Positions 1 to 8,044 of a stretch of 40,610 nucleotides of DNA are shown one piece after another; the stretch's first letter is position 1, and every line of letters starts with the position of its first letter. This DNA is from a virus. The position numbers were made by a program, and so were the translations under genes. The stretch is taken from the IMG/VR virus record IMGVR_UViG_3300048578_000013, positions 1 to 40,610 of that record; one strand, written 5' to 3'. The notes beneath the pieces were generated by a model. The model did not search any database. It saw nothing but the letters and a program-made list of their open reading frames with translations, and had not been told where the DNA came from.

Positions 1-70
1 CCGGTATGCACAATACCGCCCCGGTATGCACAATACCGCCCCGGTATGCACAATACCGCCCCGGTATGCA
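1..70. repeat. Terminal tandem repeat: 3.5 copies of 20-bp unit CCGGTATGCACAATACCGCC
   Basis: Read directly. Each unit holds inverted half-sites CGGTAT-N5-ATACCG. The whole 70 nt recurs exactly at 40541-40610. Confidence 0.95.
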
Positions 71-328
71 GATACCGTGCCATAACATCTCATATACGTA
101 CATACACATACGCTAGCAACATCTATGCCACATTACCTAATACCGGCCGCTAGGCGGCCAATCCCGTAATACCGTCTGTGGTCCCGTCTAGCGCCCCCAT
201 TTCCGACCAATACCAAGGTAGCGGGTATGCCCCCGATCGCGTCACCTTGGGCTTCCTGTGAAGCCGCTTATCGTAAAGTGTCTACTCAACATATGTCCGG
301 CACGCTCTTTGCTAGTACCAGAAAATAG

Positions 329-357
329 TTGCTATTCCCGAATCTGCCTGTTACCCT
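329..357 (+). promoter_or_regulatory. Candidate promoter TTGCTA-17-TACCCT upstream of the first rightward gene
   Basis: Weak sigma70-like hexamers. The 16-mer CCGAATCTGCCTGTTA (338-353) recurs 14/16 at 4312-4327 in a second promoter-like site. Confidence 0.3.
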
Positions 358-401
358 TCCCGGTACCTAGTGATACCCACTAGCCTACAGAGGATTCGAT
401 C

Positions 402-1598
402 ATGTCTTACAGTTACAGAGTGTCGTCTGCCAGTCGGGGTTTTATTCGCTGGTATCTGGCAAACATCGTCAAAGAGGAGTCTGCGGAGAGCATTAACTTA
501 CTCCCAATCGACTCCCTGCAATCCCGCATCAATGCAAAAATCCTGGAAGGGGCATTCACGCGGGAAACTTCCAGCACGTATTACGAACAGTGGAGAGCGC
601 AGTTGAAAACCCGTAAACCCCGTTCAAGCGGCGCCCCAGATGTGCGGGTTCCGGAACAGGAGGCTACAGTTCCCGGAGAATTGTCGGATAACGATGATGC
701 CGCAACTATCGCTGCTCTACGTCGCTTGCTTGCCGGTTCCGGGTCCATTGATCCAGATACCGTTCGGGCAATCGTGGCCGAGGAACTTGCGGCGCACGAC
801 ATCCGACCCGCTTCGGTGCATATCACGGTCGGCACGATCACAACGGATACCGAGGAAGCGACGCACCAAGCATTGCCGGAGTGTTTGGCTATCATGGCCG
901 GGCGAGATGCTCGGGGCAAGGGCAACAATCTCATGCTCGTGGGCCCGGCCGGTTCCGGCAAAACCACGCTTTGCCAGCAAATCGCATCGGCGCTTGGGCT
1001 TGCTTTCTATTACACGGGCAGCGTGCTGTCCAAGTATGACCTGCTAGGCCACACCACGGCTACAGGCGGGATTGTCCGCACCCCATTCCGTGATGCCGTG
1101 GAACATGGCGGCTTGTTTTGCATGGATGACTTCGATGGGTCCGACCCGCGAGCACTAGTGCCATTCAACGCGGCTATCGAAAACGGTCTAGTCGCATTCC
1201 CGGATAGCACGGTCAAGGCGCACGCTAATTTCCGGATCGTGGCCACGGCTAATACGTGGGGAACTGGCGCAACATCGGAATATGTCGGTCGCAACAAGCT
1301 AGATGAAGCCACGCTGTCACGGTACGTCAAACTCATGGTCGATTACGATGAATCTCTCGAACGCTCTTTGGTCGGCAAGGAATATGCCGATTGGGCCAAG
1401 TTTGTTCAGGCAACGCGCGCAGCGACGCGGGAATTCGGGATAAAGAAGCTAATTACTCCGCGTATGACCTTGCAGGGAGCACGATGCCTTGCGGCGGGGC
1501 TGTCCGGGAGTCGCGTCGCGGATGTTGTGCTGTACGCGGGTATGGATTCCGGTACAGTCGCCAAGTTGCAGGGCAAAACCGGGGGGTTCACAAAATGA
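402..1598 (+). CDS. AAA+ ATPase (AAA_5 / MoxR-CbbQ-CobS-like)
   Basis: 398 aa with SD AGAGGA upstream. Walker A LVGPAGSGKTT, Walker B-like GGLFCMDDFDG, FRIVATANT sensor region. N-terminal ~150 aa unassigned. Confidence 0.8.
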   Translation: MSYSYRVSSASRGFIRWYLANIVKEESAESINLLPIDSLQSRINAKILEGAFTRETSSTYYEQWRAQLKTRKPRSSGAPDVRVPEQEATVPGELSDNDDAATIAALRRLLAGSGSIDPDTVRAIVAEELAAHDIRPASVHITVGTITTDTEEATHQALPECLAIMAGRDARGKGNNLMLVGPAGSGKTTLCQQIASALGLAFYYTGSVLSKYDLLGHTTATGGIVRTPFRDAVEHGGLFCMDDFDGSDPRALVPFNAAIENGLVAFPDSTVKAHANFRIVATANTWGTGATSEYVGRNKLDEATLSRYVKLMVDYDESLERSLVGKEYADWAKFVQATRAATREFGIKKLITPRMTLQGARCLAAGLSGSRVADVVLYAGMDSGTVAKLQGKTGGFTK

Positions 1599-1969
1599 GC
1601 ATTACAACAATATGGCGCATGGGGGAAGATCCGGAAGGGTTTTATATGACCATGCGCGGAATGGATTACGAGCCTGTAGGCTTTCTCATTCCGGGAAATT
1701 CCAAGCTAGTCCACTACTTCCCCGATAAAGAGGAGTTTCTGGCGCTAGTGCGGTCCCATTGCCGCTTAGAACCTGTCCCGGATGGGTCCGGGTATCTCCA
1801 GATGGTCCCGGCTCAAGCTTTGGGTCGGGCATTCACACCAGAGGAGATACAAGCGGGGAGCAGGCCCGCAGCTATGCCCCCCCGGCCTCCCGGTATACCC
1901 AAGTCAGATACTGTTATCGTTAGTCAGGCCGGGCCGCTTGACGCGGCCATGTTCACCATGGCAGACTAG
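1595..1969 (+). CDS. Hypothetical protein (124 aa)
   Basis: ATGA start/stop overlap with the AAA gene. The in-frame upstream part of track ORF 1391 overlaps the AAA gene and was trimmed. Confidence 0.55.
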   Translation: MSITTIWRMGEDPEGFYMTMRGMDYEPVGFLIPGNSKLVHYFPDKEEFLALVRSHCRLEPVPDGSGYLQMVPAQALGRAFTPEEIQAGSRPAAMPPRPPGIPKSDTVIVSQAGPLDAAMFTMAD

Positions 1970-1986
1970 CGTCCGGAGGATTCACC

Positions 1987-2856
1987 ATGTCAGAAGAGTT
2001 AGAACTAGTTCCGCCCGCTAATACCACGTATGCCGGGCTCGTGGATAATTTCATCGGGATTTACGAGGGCCGTATTCCCCGCGCGGCGGGCGCCAACAAT
2101 GCGAGTACACGAGAAGGAGAAGCAGGCGACGCATGGGCGGGGGGATCGTGTGAAAAGACTATTGCCCTCGCGCGCGCTGGATGGGGCGAGGGTACGGCAA
2201 TGCTCAGGCAACTAGATGCCGCGCCCGCTGGCATAGAGGCTGCCCCCACATGGGGATACGATGTCGCGGGAGTCTTTCCTGATATCGGCGCGTACATGTC
2301 TGGCGATCCTGAGTGCATGCTTAATCCCGTGTCCGGGGAAATTCCCCGCAAGCGTGTCAAGATAATCCTTCCGCTAGGGGTGCCCGCGAGCGTAGCGGCA
2401 CCTGTGGCCGGTCTGTATGCGATCGCAGCGGGTAGTATAATCCGGTCGCTTGAAGCGACAGGATTAGGAGTAGCGGTATCTGCAATCAATGCTTCCCGGC
2501 ATTCCGGCAAGTTGTACGCTAACGAGATTCTATTACGCGGTTACGGTGATGTCCTTGATATGGATCGCCTTGTTTTCGCGTGTGGCCATCCGGTATTCAA
2601 TCGCCGCATATGCTTTGCGTGGCAGGAAGCCCACGCGCAGTATGCGCCCGTTACCGTAGTAAGCTATGGGTACGCGGTAATAAATTGGCCGGATGATCGC
2701 GTAGCGGCGATCACTGGGGATACTCCGGGAGATTTCGTGACTTTGCCAGCGCAAGCTACCTTGACGGGAACCGGGAAAACCCTGACCGTAGACGCTATGG
2801 CTTCCGCCATGCAAATTGCGGTTAGGGAAAAACTGGGGGGTCCGGTATTGATTTAG
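1987..2856 (+). CDS. Hypothetical protein (289 aa), possible partner of the AAA+ ATPase
   Basis: SD GGAGG 7 nt upstream. No motif recognised and no DxSxS MIDAS seen. Confidence 0.6.
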   Translation: MSEELELVPPANTTYAGLVDNFIGIYEGRIPRAAGANNASTREGEAGDAWAGGSCEKTIALARAGWGEGTAMLRQLDAAPAGIEAAPTWGYDVAGVFPDIGAYMSGDPECMLNPVSGEIPRKRVKIILPLGVPASVAAPVAGLYAIAAGSIIRSLEATGLGVAVSAINASRHSGKLYANEILLRGYGDVLDMDRLVFACGHPVFNRRICFAWQEAHAQYAPVTVVSYGYAVINWPDDRVAAITGDTPGDFVTLPAQATLTGTGKTLTVDAMASAMQIAVREKLGGPVLI

Positions 2857-2925
2857 TGCCTGACAGGCGGTATTCTCCCTGCCGGGTTTTCGTTCGATTA
2901 TCATCACATAAGAGGATTAGCAGAC

Positions 2926-3327
2926 ATGGCGCATGTATTGGTAGAGGGCCAGATCGGGCTGGCTATCATCAAAGAGGGCGAGATGCTAGAGGCTTTTCGG
3001 AAACATTACGGGACCGGCATCAAGGCCGGGGATATTTTCCTCTCCGGCAGGATAGTCGGCTTGCCGGGCGAACCAAAAGACGGGAGCGGGCTGTCCGTGG
3101 GCATCGTAGGCCCATACGAGACGCTGGAGGAGGCCTCTGCACGGGGAGAGCCGATATTGCAGGGTCGAATCCGGGACGCGATGTACTTCGCGGGATTACT
3201 CTACGGGGGAAGGGTTGCGGAAGAACTAACTCCGGAACGATACGAGTCTCTCCGTAACTCTCATCCGGTTGGAGTAATAGTGGAGGATACCACGTCCACG
3301 GCCACTGGCGGGACCACGGTCCACTAA
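2926..3327 (+). CDS. Hypothetical protein (133 aa)
   Basis: SD AAGAGGA upstream. Balanced composition, unlike the overlapping Arg-rich frame 2856-3257. Confidence 0.55.
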   Translation: MAHVLVEGQIGLAIIKEGEMLEAFRKHYGTGIKAGDIFLSGRIVGLPGEPKDGSGLSVGIVGPYETLEEASARGEPILQGRIRDAMYFAGLLYGGRVAEELTPERYESLRNSHPVGVIVEDTTSTATGGTTVH

Positions 3328-3608
3328 TGCCGACAGGCTCCACAAGCCCTAGGGGGAGGGGGGGCCGCTACCTTGGTAGCGGTCCTCCCCATAACGGGCT
3401 GCCACGGGCTTCTAATGCGGTCAGGCACGCCCTTTTACCTGCTACACGGGGTCGTATACGAGCGGTAGCGGCATATTTGGTAAACCAGAAGAGGTACGGA
3501 CGCTATGATGCGGTCAAGACAGCGTGCGAACGGCTTGCGGACCAACTTGGGTACGCGGACCGGGCTGAGGAGATGCTTAGCCGGTCAATCCTTGACGGGC
3601 TTGTCTAA
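3327..3608 (+). CDS. Hypothetical protein (93 aa), start uncertain
   Basis: TAATG coupling to the upstream gene. N-terminus is Arg/Gly/Pro-rich and only the C-terminal half looks protein-like. Confidence 0.4.
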   Translation: MPTGSTSPRGRGGRYLGSGPPHNGLPRASNAVRHALLPATRGRIRAVAAYLVNQKRYGRYDAVKTACERLADQLGYADRAEEMLSRSILDGLV

Positions 3609-3705
3609 GCCCGGACGATGGGCGGTAGATATCAGGATGGTAGAGTCATGGGCCAAGATGGCCGAAATGTTCCGGGACCGTGGGAGACTATGACCGGACG
3701 GGTAC

Positions 3706-3734
3706 TTGACACAAGTACCGGACCGGGTTAGACT
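3706..3734 (+). promoter_or_regulatory. Sigma70-like promoter TTGACA-17-TAGACT with overlapping palindrome
   Basis: Consensus -35 lies inside the perfect inverted repeat GGTACTTG-ACA-CAAGTACC (3701-3719). 17-nt spacer, then TAGACT. Confidence 0.5.
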
Positions 3735-3768
3735 GGAAGGTACTGGAACGGGATGGGACTATTACTAA

Positions 3769-3782
3769 CAGTACCGGTACTG
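3769..3782. repeat. 14-bp perfect palindrome CAGTACCGGTACTG
   Basis: Self-complementary. Part of a GGTACC/ACCGGT-rich cluster spanning 3700-3841. Confidence 0.85.
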
Positions 3783-3805
3783 TAATACTAATACCATTAC
3801 AATAT

Positions 3806-3817
3806 ACCGGTACCGGT
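3806..3817. repeat. 12-bp perfect palindrome ACCGGTACCGGT
   Basis: Self-complementary. GGTACC at 3828-3833 and AGTACCGG at 3834-3841 follow. Confidence 0.85.
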
Positions 3818-3902
3818 TAAGAGTAATGGTACCAGTACCGGATAGGAATTTCTTAGGGTAACAGATAACTTGGAATCTGTCAACGGACATGAGGATAGGA
3901 CC

Positions 3903-4157
3903 ATGGGAAAGACATACGTAAGCCACAAAGAATATCTCCGGGCTCGCAGAGAGACCAGACTCAAGGCACGTGAAGCCAGAGAACGGTCCGGAGGAAGATG
4001 GCAGGATGGTAACTTCTGGACTGGGGATACTGAACGTTTGCAGTTCACGTCCCCGCCAGATGATGAAATCAGGATAGACCCCATTAGGCTAAATACACAG
4101 TACGACTGGGTTAACGCAGACTGGGCAGAATATGACCGGATAGCGGAGTACAATTAA
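3903..4157 (+). CDS. Hypothetical protein (84 aa)
   Basis: ATG with SD GAGGA 8 nt upstream. The track start 3870 is a TTG without SD. Confidence 0.5.
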   Translation: MGKTYVSHKEYLRARRETRLKAREARERSGGRWQDGNFWTGDTERLQFTSPPDDEIRIDPIRLNTQYDWVNADWAEYDRIAEYN

Positions 4158-4159
4158 CC

Positions 4160-4306
4160 GTGGCTAGGCTAATCTGTATAGTTGCATGTTTCGTAGTGGG
4201 GCTTATGGCTATTGGGCTGTCCTTCTGGACGGGAGACTTTACCAGCCTACCGTGGCAAATATCGACGGTAGGCATGGCCCTTACCGCATTCTTTGGCAGA
4301 ATTTGA
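4160..4306 (+). CDS. Possible small membrane protein (48 aa, GTG start); below the track cutoff
   Basis: My translation is VARLICIVACFVVGLMAIGLSFWTGDFTSLPWQISTVGMALTAFFGRI, with two hydrophobic segments. It fills an otherwise empty gap. Confidence 0.3.
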   Translation: MARLICIVACFVVGLMAIGLSFWTGDFTSLPWQISTVGMALTAFFGRI

Positions 4307-4331
4307 CAATACCGGATTTGCCTGTTAGGTT
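4303..4331 (+). promoter_or_regulatory. Candidate promoter TTGACA-17-TAGGTT
   Basis: Consensus -35 and a weak -10. Shares the CCGGATTTGCCTGTTA element with 338-353. Confidence 0.4.
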
Positions 4332-4343
4332 ATAGGACCTGCC

Positions 4344-4964
4344 ATGGGAGAACAAATGAAACTTGCATTACGCATTCTGGGTAGCCTACCCTTGTGGCTA
4401 GGGTACTGGGTTATGGCAATCCCGTTGTGGATCATCGGAGCCATTACCATCCCGATCATGGCCCGGTTTGCTTCTCGGACGGCCTATAGCCGCCCTAGCA
4501 GGGCCTATGCTGACGGACGGCCCGTGTACTCGTGGAAATGGGACTGGTACAATTACATCTTTGGGAACGAAGAGGACGGTATCTCTGGGGCAGTCTGGTA
4601 CCGCTACGAACATGGTGATTGGACATGGTACAAGCGGACGGTCATGTGGTCCGCGTTCCGGAACCCGACCAATAACATGCGTTTCTGGACATGGTGCAAT
4701 CCCCGCATTAGACCGGACGAAGTAAGGTTTATGGGAGAGCCCGCCCCGGAGGACGCTGGTATTGCTACGGGCAGGTACGTATGGACGTACGTATGGCAAG
4801 GGGCATTCTCCGGACTCAAGCTTGTGATACCGTTCCGTGGCAAGTTCTACCGATTCTGGATCGGCTGGAAGCTTAGACCGGAAGACCGTTATGGGGTTAG
4901 CCCGGACGATTACCGTTTCCCGCGATGCGGATTCGGGACACAATTCAAGAGGATACAAACATGA
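4344..4964 (+). CDS. Membrane protein, unknown function (206 aa)
   Basis: N-terminal TM segments (LPLWLGYWVMAIPLWIIGAITIPIMA) and a Trp/Tyr-rich C-terminal part. Alternative ATG at 4356 has a better SD (GGAG). Confidence 0.6.
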   Translation: MGEQMKLALRILGSLPLWLGYWVMAIPLWIIGAITIPIMARFASRTAYSRPSRAYADGRPVYSWKWDWYNYIFGNEEDGISGAVWYRYEHGDWTWYKRTVMWSAFRNPTNNMRFWTWCNPRIRPDEVRFMGEPAPEDAGIATGRYVWTYVWQGAFSGLKLVIPFRGKFYRFWIGWKLRPEDRYGVSPDDYRFPRCGFGTQFKRIQT

Positions 4965-5143
4965 CCACGCGCGAGGAAGCAGAAGCTGTTTGGCGCAAAG
5001 CGTATGTGCAGCGACTCATGGATGCACACAACTTCAATCTGGAAGATGCGACGGCGCTCGCCGATGCGGGCGATGTCGATCTAGCCATTAAACCAGAGGA
5101 TGCAGCCGATGACGAAATCAGCTACTGGGATGCTGATGAATAG
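4961..5143 (+). CDS. Hypothetical acidic protein (60 aa)
   Basis: ATGA overlap with the upstream stop. The track start 4925 was trimmed. Confidence 0.45.
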   Translation: MTTREEAEAVWRKAYVQRLMDAHNFNLEDATALADAGDVDLAIKPEDAADDEISYWDADE

Positions 5144-5450
5144 CTGGATACCTATATCAGAGCGCATGCCGACGCGCGAGGAGACGAACGGACACGACAA
5201 TGTGTGGGCAGTGGATGAGCGCGGCACGCATTGGATTTGGGACTACGTGATGATGCCTATTTCCCGGTTCGCTCGTCCGCCGATTGCGTGGCATGCGCAC
5301 CCCCGCTACACGCCGCCGAAGCCGAGTCCGACGGACAACGAATGTACTGAGTTGATCTATCGCATCACCAACGAGCGATGGGACGAGAGCGCAGTCAAAG
5401 GTTGGTTCGCCGACGTGACGGCGCGGATTGAGAAGGAGAAGGCACGGTGA
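5136..5450 (+). CDS. DUF551-like protein (104 aa)
   Basis: N-terminal WIPISERMPTREE...VWAVDERG resembles the DUF551 signature from memory. Start overlaps the upstream stop. Confidence 0.45.
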   Translation: MNSWIPISERMPTREETNGHDNVWAVDERGTHWIWDYVMMPISRFARPPIAWHAHPRYTPPKPSPTDNECTELIYRITNERWDESAVKGWFADVTARIEKEKAR

Positions 5451-5653
5451 GCGGACAATTCTGGGTAGTCTGGGCCGAAAATGGCGGCACGCCTGTCGTG
5501 CAGCACCCTACCGAAACATCGGCGACCCACGAGGCCGAGCGCCTTGCGCGCCTTAATCCTGATAAGCGCTTCTATGTGCTTGAAGCAATCGGGCTGCGCT
5601 GCGTCACTAACATGATGCGCGTCGATCTGCGTGGTAACGAGGTGCCGTTTTGA
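5447..5653 (+). CDS. Hypothetical protein (68 aa)
   Basis: GTGA overlap with the upstream gene. Lies in a GC-rich segment. Confidence 0.45.
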   Translation: MSGQFWVVWAENGGTPVVQHPTETSATHEAERLARLNPDKRFYVLEAIGLRCVTNMMRVDLRGNEVPF

Positions 5654-5871
5654 ACGTCTTCCGCGAGCCGACTATCGAACTGCCGCAGCCGTTCTACCTG
5701 TCGTCCGGTCGAATCATGCTGAGCACCGAGGAGCCTGTAGACCTACTCGTGCCCGACGCCGAAGCCCTGCTCGAAGTGCTGCTCGACATCTGCCCGAATG
5801 CGAAAGCGCTCGCGCATAACTGGCTACTGGAGGAACAGAAACGCGAATACATGGAGGGCGGGAAGCCGTGA
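5650..5871 (+). CDS. Hypothetical protein (73 aa)
   Basis: TTG start overlapping the upstream TGA. Coupled to the downstream primase gene. Confidence 0.4.
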   Translation: MNVFREPTIELPQPFYLSSGRIMLSTEEPVDLLVPDAEALLEVLLDICPNAKALAHNWLLEEQKREYMEGGKP

Positions 5872-6632
5872 GCAAGACCGATTACATGTTGGCTAACAGG
5901 GATATTGCCCTGTTCATGTCAGACAAGCCTGATAATGCTACTTATCAGACTCTGTGCCCTGTCTGTCTAGGCGGTAGGACCAAAGAAGAAAAGCTGTATG
6001 TTACCGGGAACCGGGACGGGTACGTATTCATTTGCTTCCGGGCTAACTGTGGATTCAAGGGGCGGAAAGGCCAGCAAGTGGAACCGGGATACGGGCATCG
6101 GGAATTCGTCCCTAGACCGTTCGAGCAAGAGACGGTTCAAGGGGAAACGGAATTTGAGCGGTTCGCCGGGATAACCCGTCTACGGAAGGATACTACTACG
6201 CGAGTATTCGAGTGCAGAGGACTGGACGGCGCTCTACGCGGCCACGTGACTAGGACAGCGGACAAGCAAATCAAGACATACAGGCTGTCCCCGTGTATTT
6301 ACTACACAAAAAGCAGGGATTCCAGAAATCCATTATGGATAATGGAAGACCCTGTTTCTGCGGCCAAGCTGAATTATTACAACCCGCTTATGGTTGGGCT
6401 GGCATTACTAGGAACCGACTTGTCTAATGCTGTGCGGGATGATATATGCAAATATTCGTCAGGGACTGCTTACGTTGCGCTCGACCCCGGTGCGGAGGAA
6501 GCAGCGGTATCCGTGATAAACAGCCTAACGGCCCGTGGTATAAATGCCGTGTTCGTGCCTTTACAGAAGGACATAAAGGATTTAGAATCGACGGAGATTA
6601 GAGAACTCGTCAAGACATATACGGGGATTTAA
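5868..6632 (+). CDS. DNA primase (zinc finger + TOPRIM-like)
   Basis: CPVCLGG...CFRANC zinc-binding motif and WIMEDPVSAAKL TOPRIM-like acidic motif. Sits immediately upstream of the helicase, as in a split T7 gp4. Confidence 0.75.
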   Translation: MSKTDYMLANRDIALFMSDKPDNATYQTLCPVCLGGRTKEEKLYVTGNRDGYVFICFRANCGFKGRKGQQVEPGYGHREFVPRPFEQETVQGETEFERFAGITRLRKDTTTRVFECRGLDGALRGHVTRTADKQIKTYRLSPCIYYTKSRDSRNPLWIMEDPVSAAKLNYYNPLMVGLALLGTDLSNAVRDDICKYSSGTAYVALDPGAEEAAVSVINSLTARGINAVFVPLQKDIKDLESTEIRELVKTYTGI

Positions 6633-7825
6633 TGACACCCAAAGCACTATTGTCGGCGGCTATCGCTGACCGGGACGCATTCGATTCGATTGCGGCCAGC
6701 GAGGAACCGGGATCATTCCCGGACGAACTTAAGCCTATCTGGGAGGGGGTGAAGAAATATTATGAGCTTTCTCCGGAAGCAGAATCTGCGGATATTGATA
6801 CTGTCGTGGCGTATTCGGTGGACGGTATGGCTAATCCGAAGCATCGAAAGGCGACGGAGGCGCTTGTACGGGAGACTGGACCTTCTGCGAGTCACGGAAA
6901 AAATCCTAAAGAGCTAGTCCGTCTGGCCGGACTATCCCGTGTCCGGAACGAACTGGCAGTAGCCCTCGGTAGTAGACAGAAGTACGAGGACGTAGAGCCC
7001 CTGTTGCTACAGTTCCAGTCCCTGTCTATACCGGAATCAGACGATCCGGAACTCGGCTGGAACGGGATTGTCCGTAAGCGGACGGACCGTAAAGGCCGGA
7101 TGCGGGTATCCCCCAAGGGGCTGAACGAAGCCCTTGGGGGCGGTCTGCTGCCCGGACATAATCTGACAATCTTCGGACTTACCGAGACGGGAAAATCCGC
7201 CCTCGCCCTGTCTATGGCGGTAGGCTTCGCCCGCCGTGGCCACAAGGTACTATATGTCATCAACGAGGATGCCGTGCAAGACCTGATGCTCCGGGCTATT
7301 TCGTGCATGACGGGCCGGACATATGACATTATGGAACAGGCCCCAGACGAAGCGGAAGCGGAGGCTATCCGACTGGGTATCGGTAATCTGGTTATGAGAG
7401 AGCTGGCCCCCGGCACTCTGGGAGAATTGGAGAAGCTGGTTAGACAGCACAAGCCCAAGGTACTCGTGGTTGACCAGCTACGGAACATTGACGGGAAGAA
7501 ATCCAGCAACAACACGGAGCGGCTGGACAAGGTAGCCCAAGGGGTGCGGGCTATAGGAAAACGGCACAAGCTGGTCACTATTTCCGTCACCCAAGGAGCC
7601 GACTCTGGACGGGATAAGGCTTATCTGGATACCGGGGATATTGACTCGTCTAACGTAGGCATCCCCGGTGCGGCGGACGTGCTCGTGGGGGTAGGCATGA
7701 ATGATGCCCTGTACCGCGCCGGTCAGCGGGTGCTATCCCTGTGCAAAAACAAGTTGACAGGCAAGCATGCCCATATTACGGTAAATATCCGGCCCGAGAT
7801 TAGTCGCTTCACTACAGGAGATTGA
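6632..7825 (+). CDS. DnaB-like replicative helicase
   Basis: Walker A FGLTETGKSALAL, Walker B VLVVDQLRN. TAATG coupling to the primase gene. Confidence 0.85.
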   Translation: MTPKALLSAAIADRDAFDSIAASEEPGSFPDELKPIWEGVKKYYELSPEAESADIDTVVAYSVDGMANPKHRKATEALVRETGPSASHGKNPKELVRLAGLSRVRNELAVALGSRQKYEDVEPLLLQFQSLSIPESDDPELGWNGIVRKRTDRKGRMRVSPKGLNEALGGGLLPGHNLTIFGLTETGKSALALSMAVGFARRGHKVLYVINEDAVQDLMLRAISCMTGRTYDIMEQAPDEAEAEAIRLGIGNLVMRELAPGTLGELEKLVRQHKPKVLVVDQLRNIDGKKSSNNTERLDKVAQGVRAIGKRHKLVTISVTQGADSGRDKAYLDTGDIDSSNVGIPGAADVLVGVGMNDALYRAGQRVLSLCKNKLTGKHAHITVNIRPEISRFTTGD

Positions 7826-7831
7826 ACGAAC

Positions 7832-8044
7832 ATGAATATTAGCTATGCGGACGCTCTTGACGGGGTACTCGGCAAGGATGATATTGACGGTGTTGTAGGA
7901 CTCATAGAGCAGACGAAGAACTGGGGTAACATTCGCGGGCGAGTACCCAGCTACTTGATTGTAGCCCTTGTAGATGAAATCAAGAAGCTGAAGGAACAGC
8001 AGCTTAATTTCTACAAAACCCACGGTATCAAGACGGGGGAGTAA
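7832..8044 (+). CDS. Hypothetical protein (70 aa)
   Basis: Fills the gap between helicase and polymerase. TAATG coupling downstream. Confidence 0.5.
   Translation: MNISYADALDGVLGKDDIDGVVGLIEQTKNWGNIRGRVPSYLIVALVDEIKKLKEQQLNFYKTHGIKTGE

Noticed and set aside
1-70. The 20-bp tandem repeats considered as a CRISPR array
   Set aside because: The units are directly adjacent with no spacers, there are only 3.5 copies, and no cas genes are present. It is a simple tandem repeat.
581-1336. Antisense and out-of-frame ORFs inside the AAA+ ATPase gene (581-967-, 640-1047+, 717-980-, 1010-1336-)
   Set aside because: They are fully overlapped by a motif-bearing gene. Their Arg/Ser/Pro-rich composition is typical of wrong-frame translation of GC-rich DNA.
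2856-3257. ORF 2856-3257 as an alternative to 2926-3327
   Set aside because: It has extremely Arg-rich, wrong-frame-like composition and no SD. The 2926 frame has an SD and normal composition.
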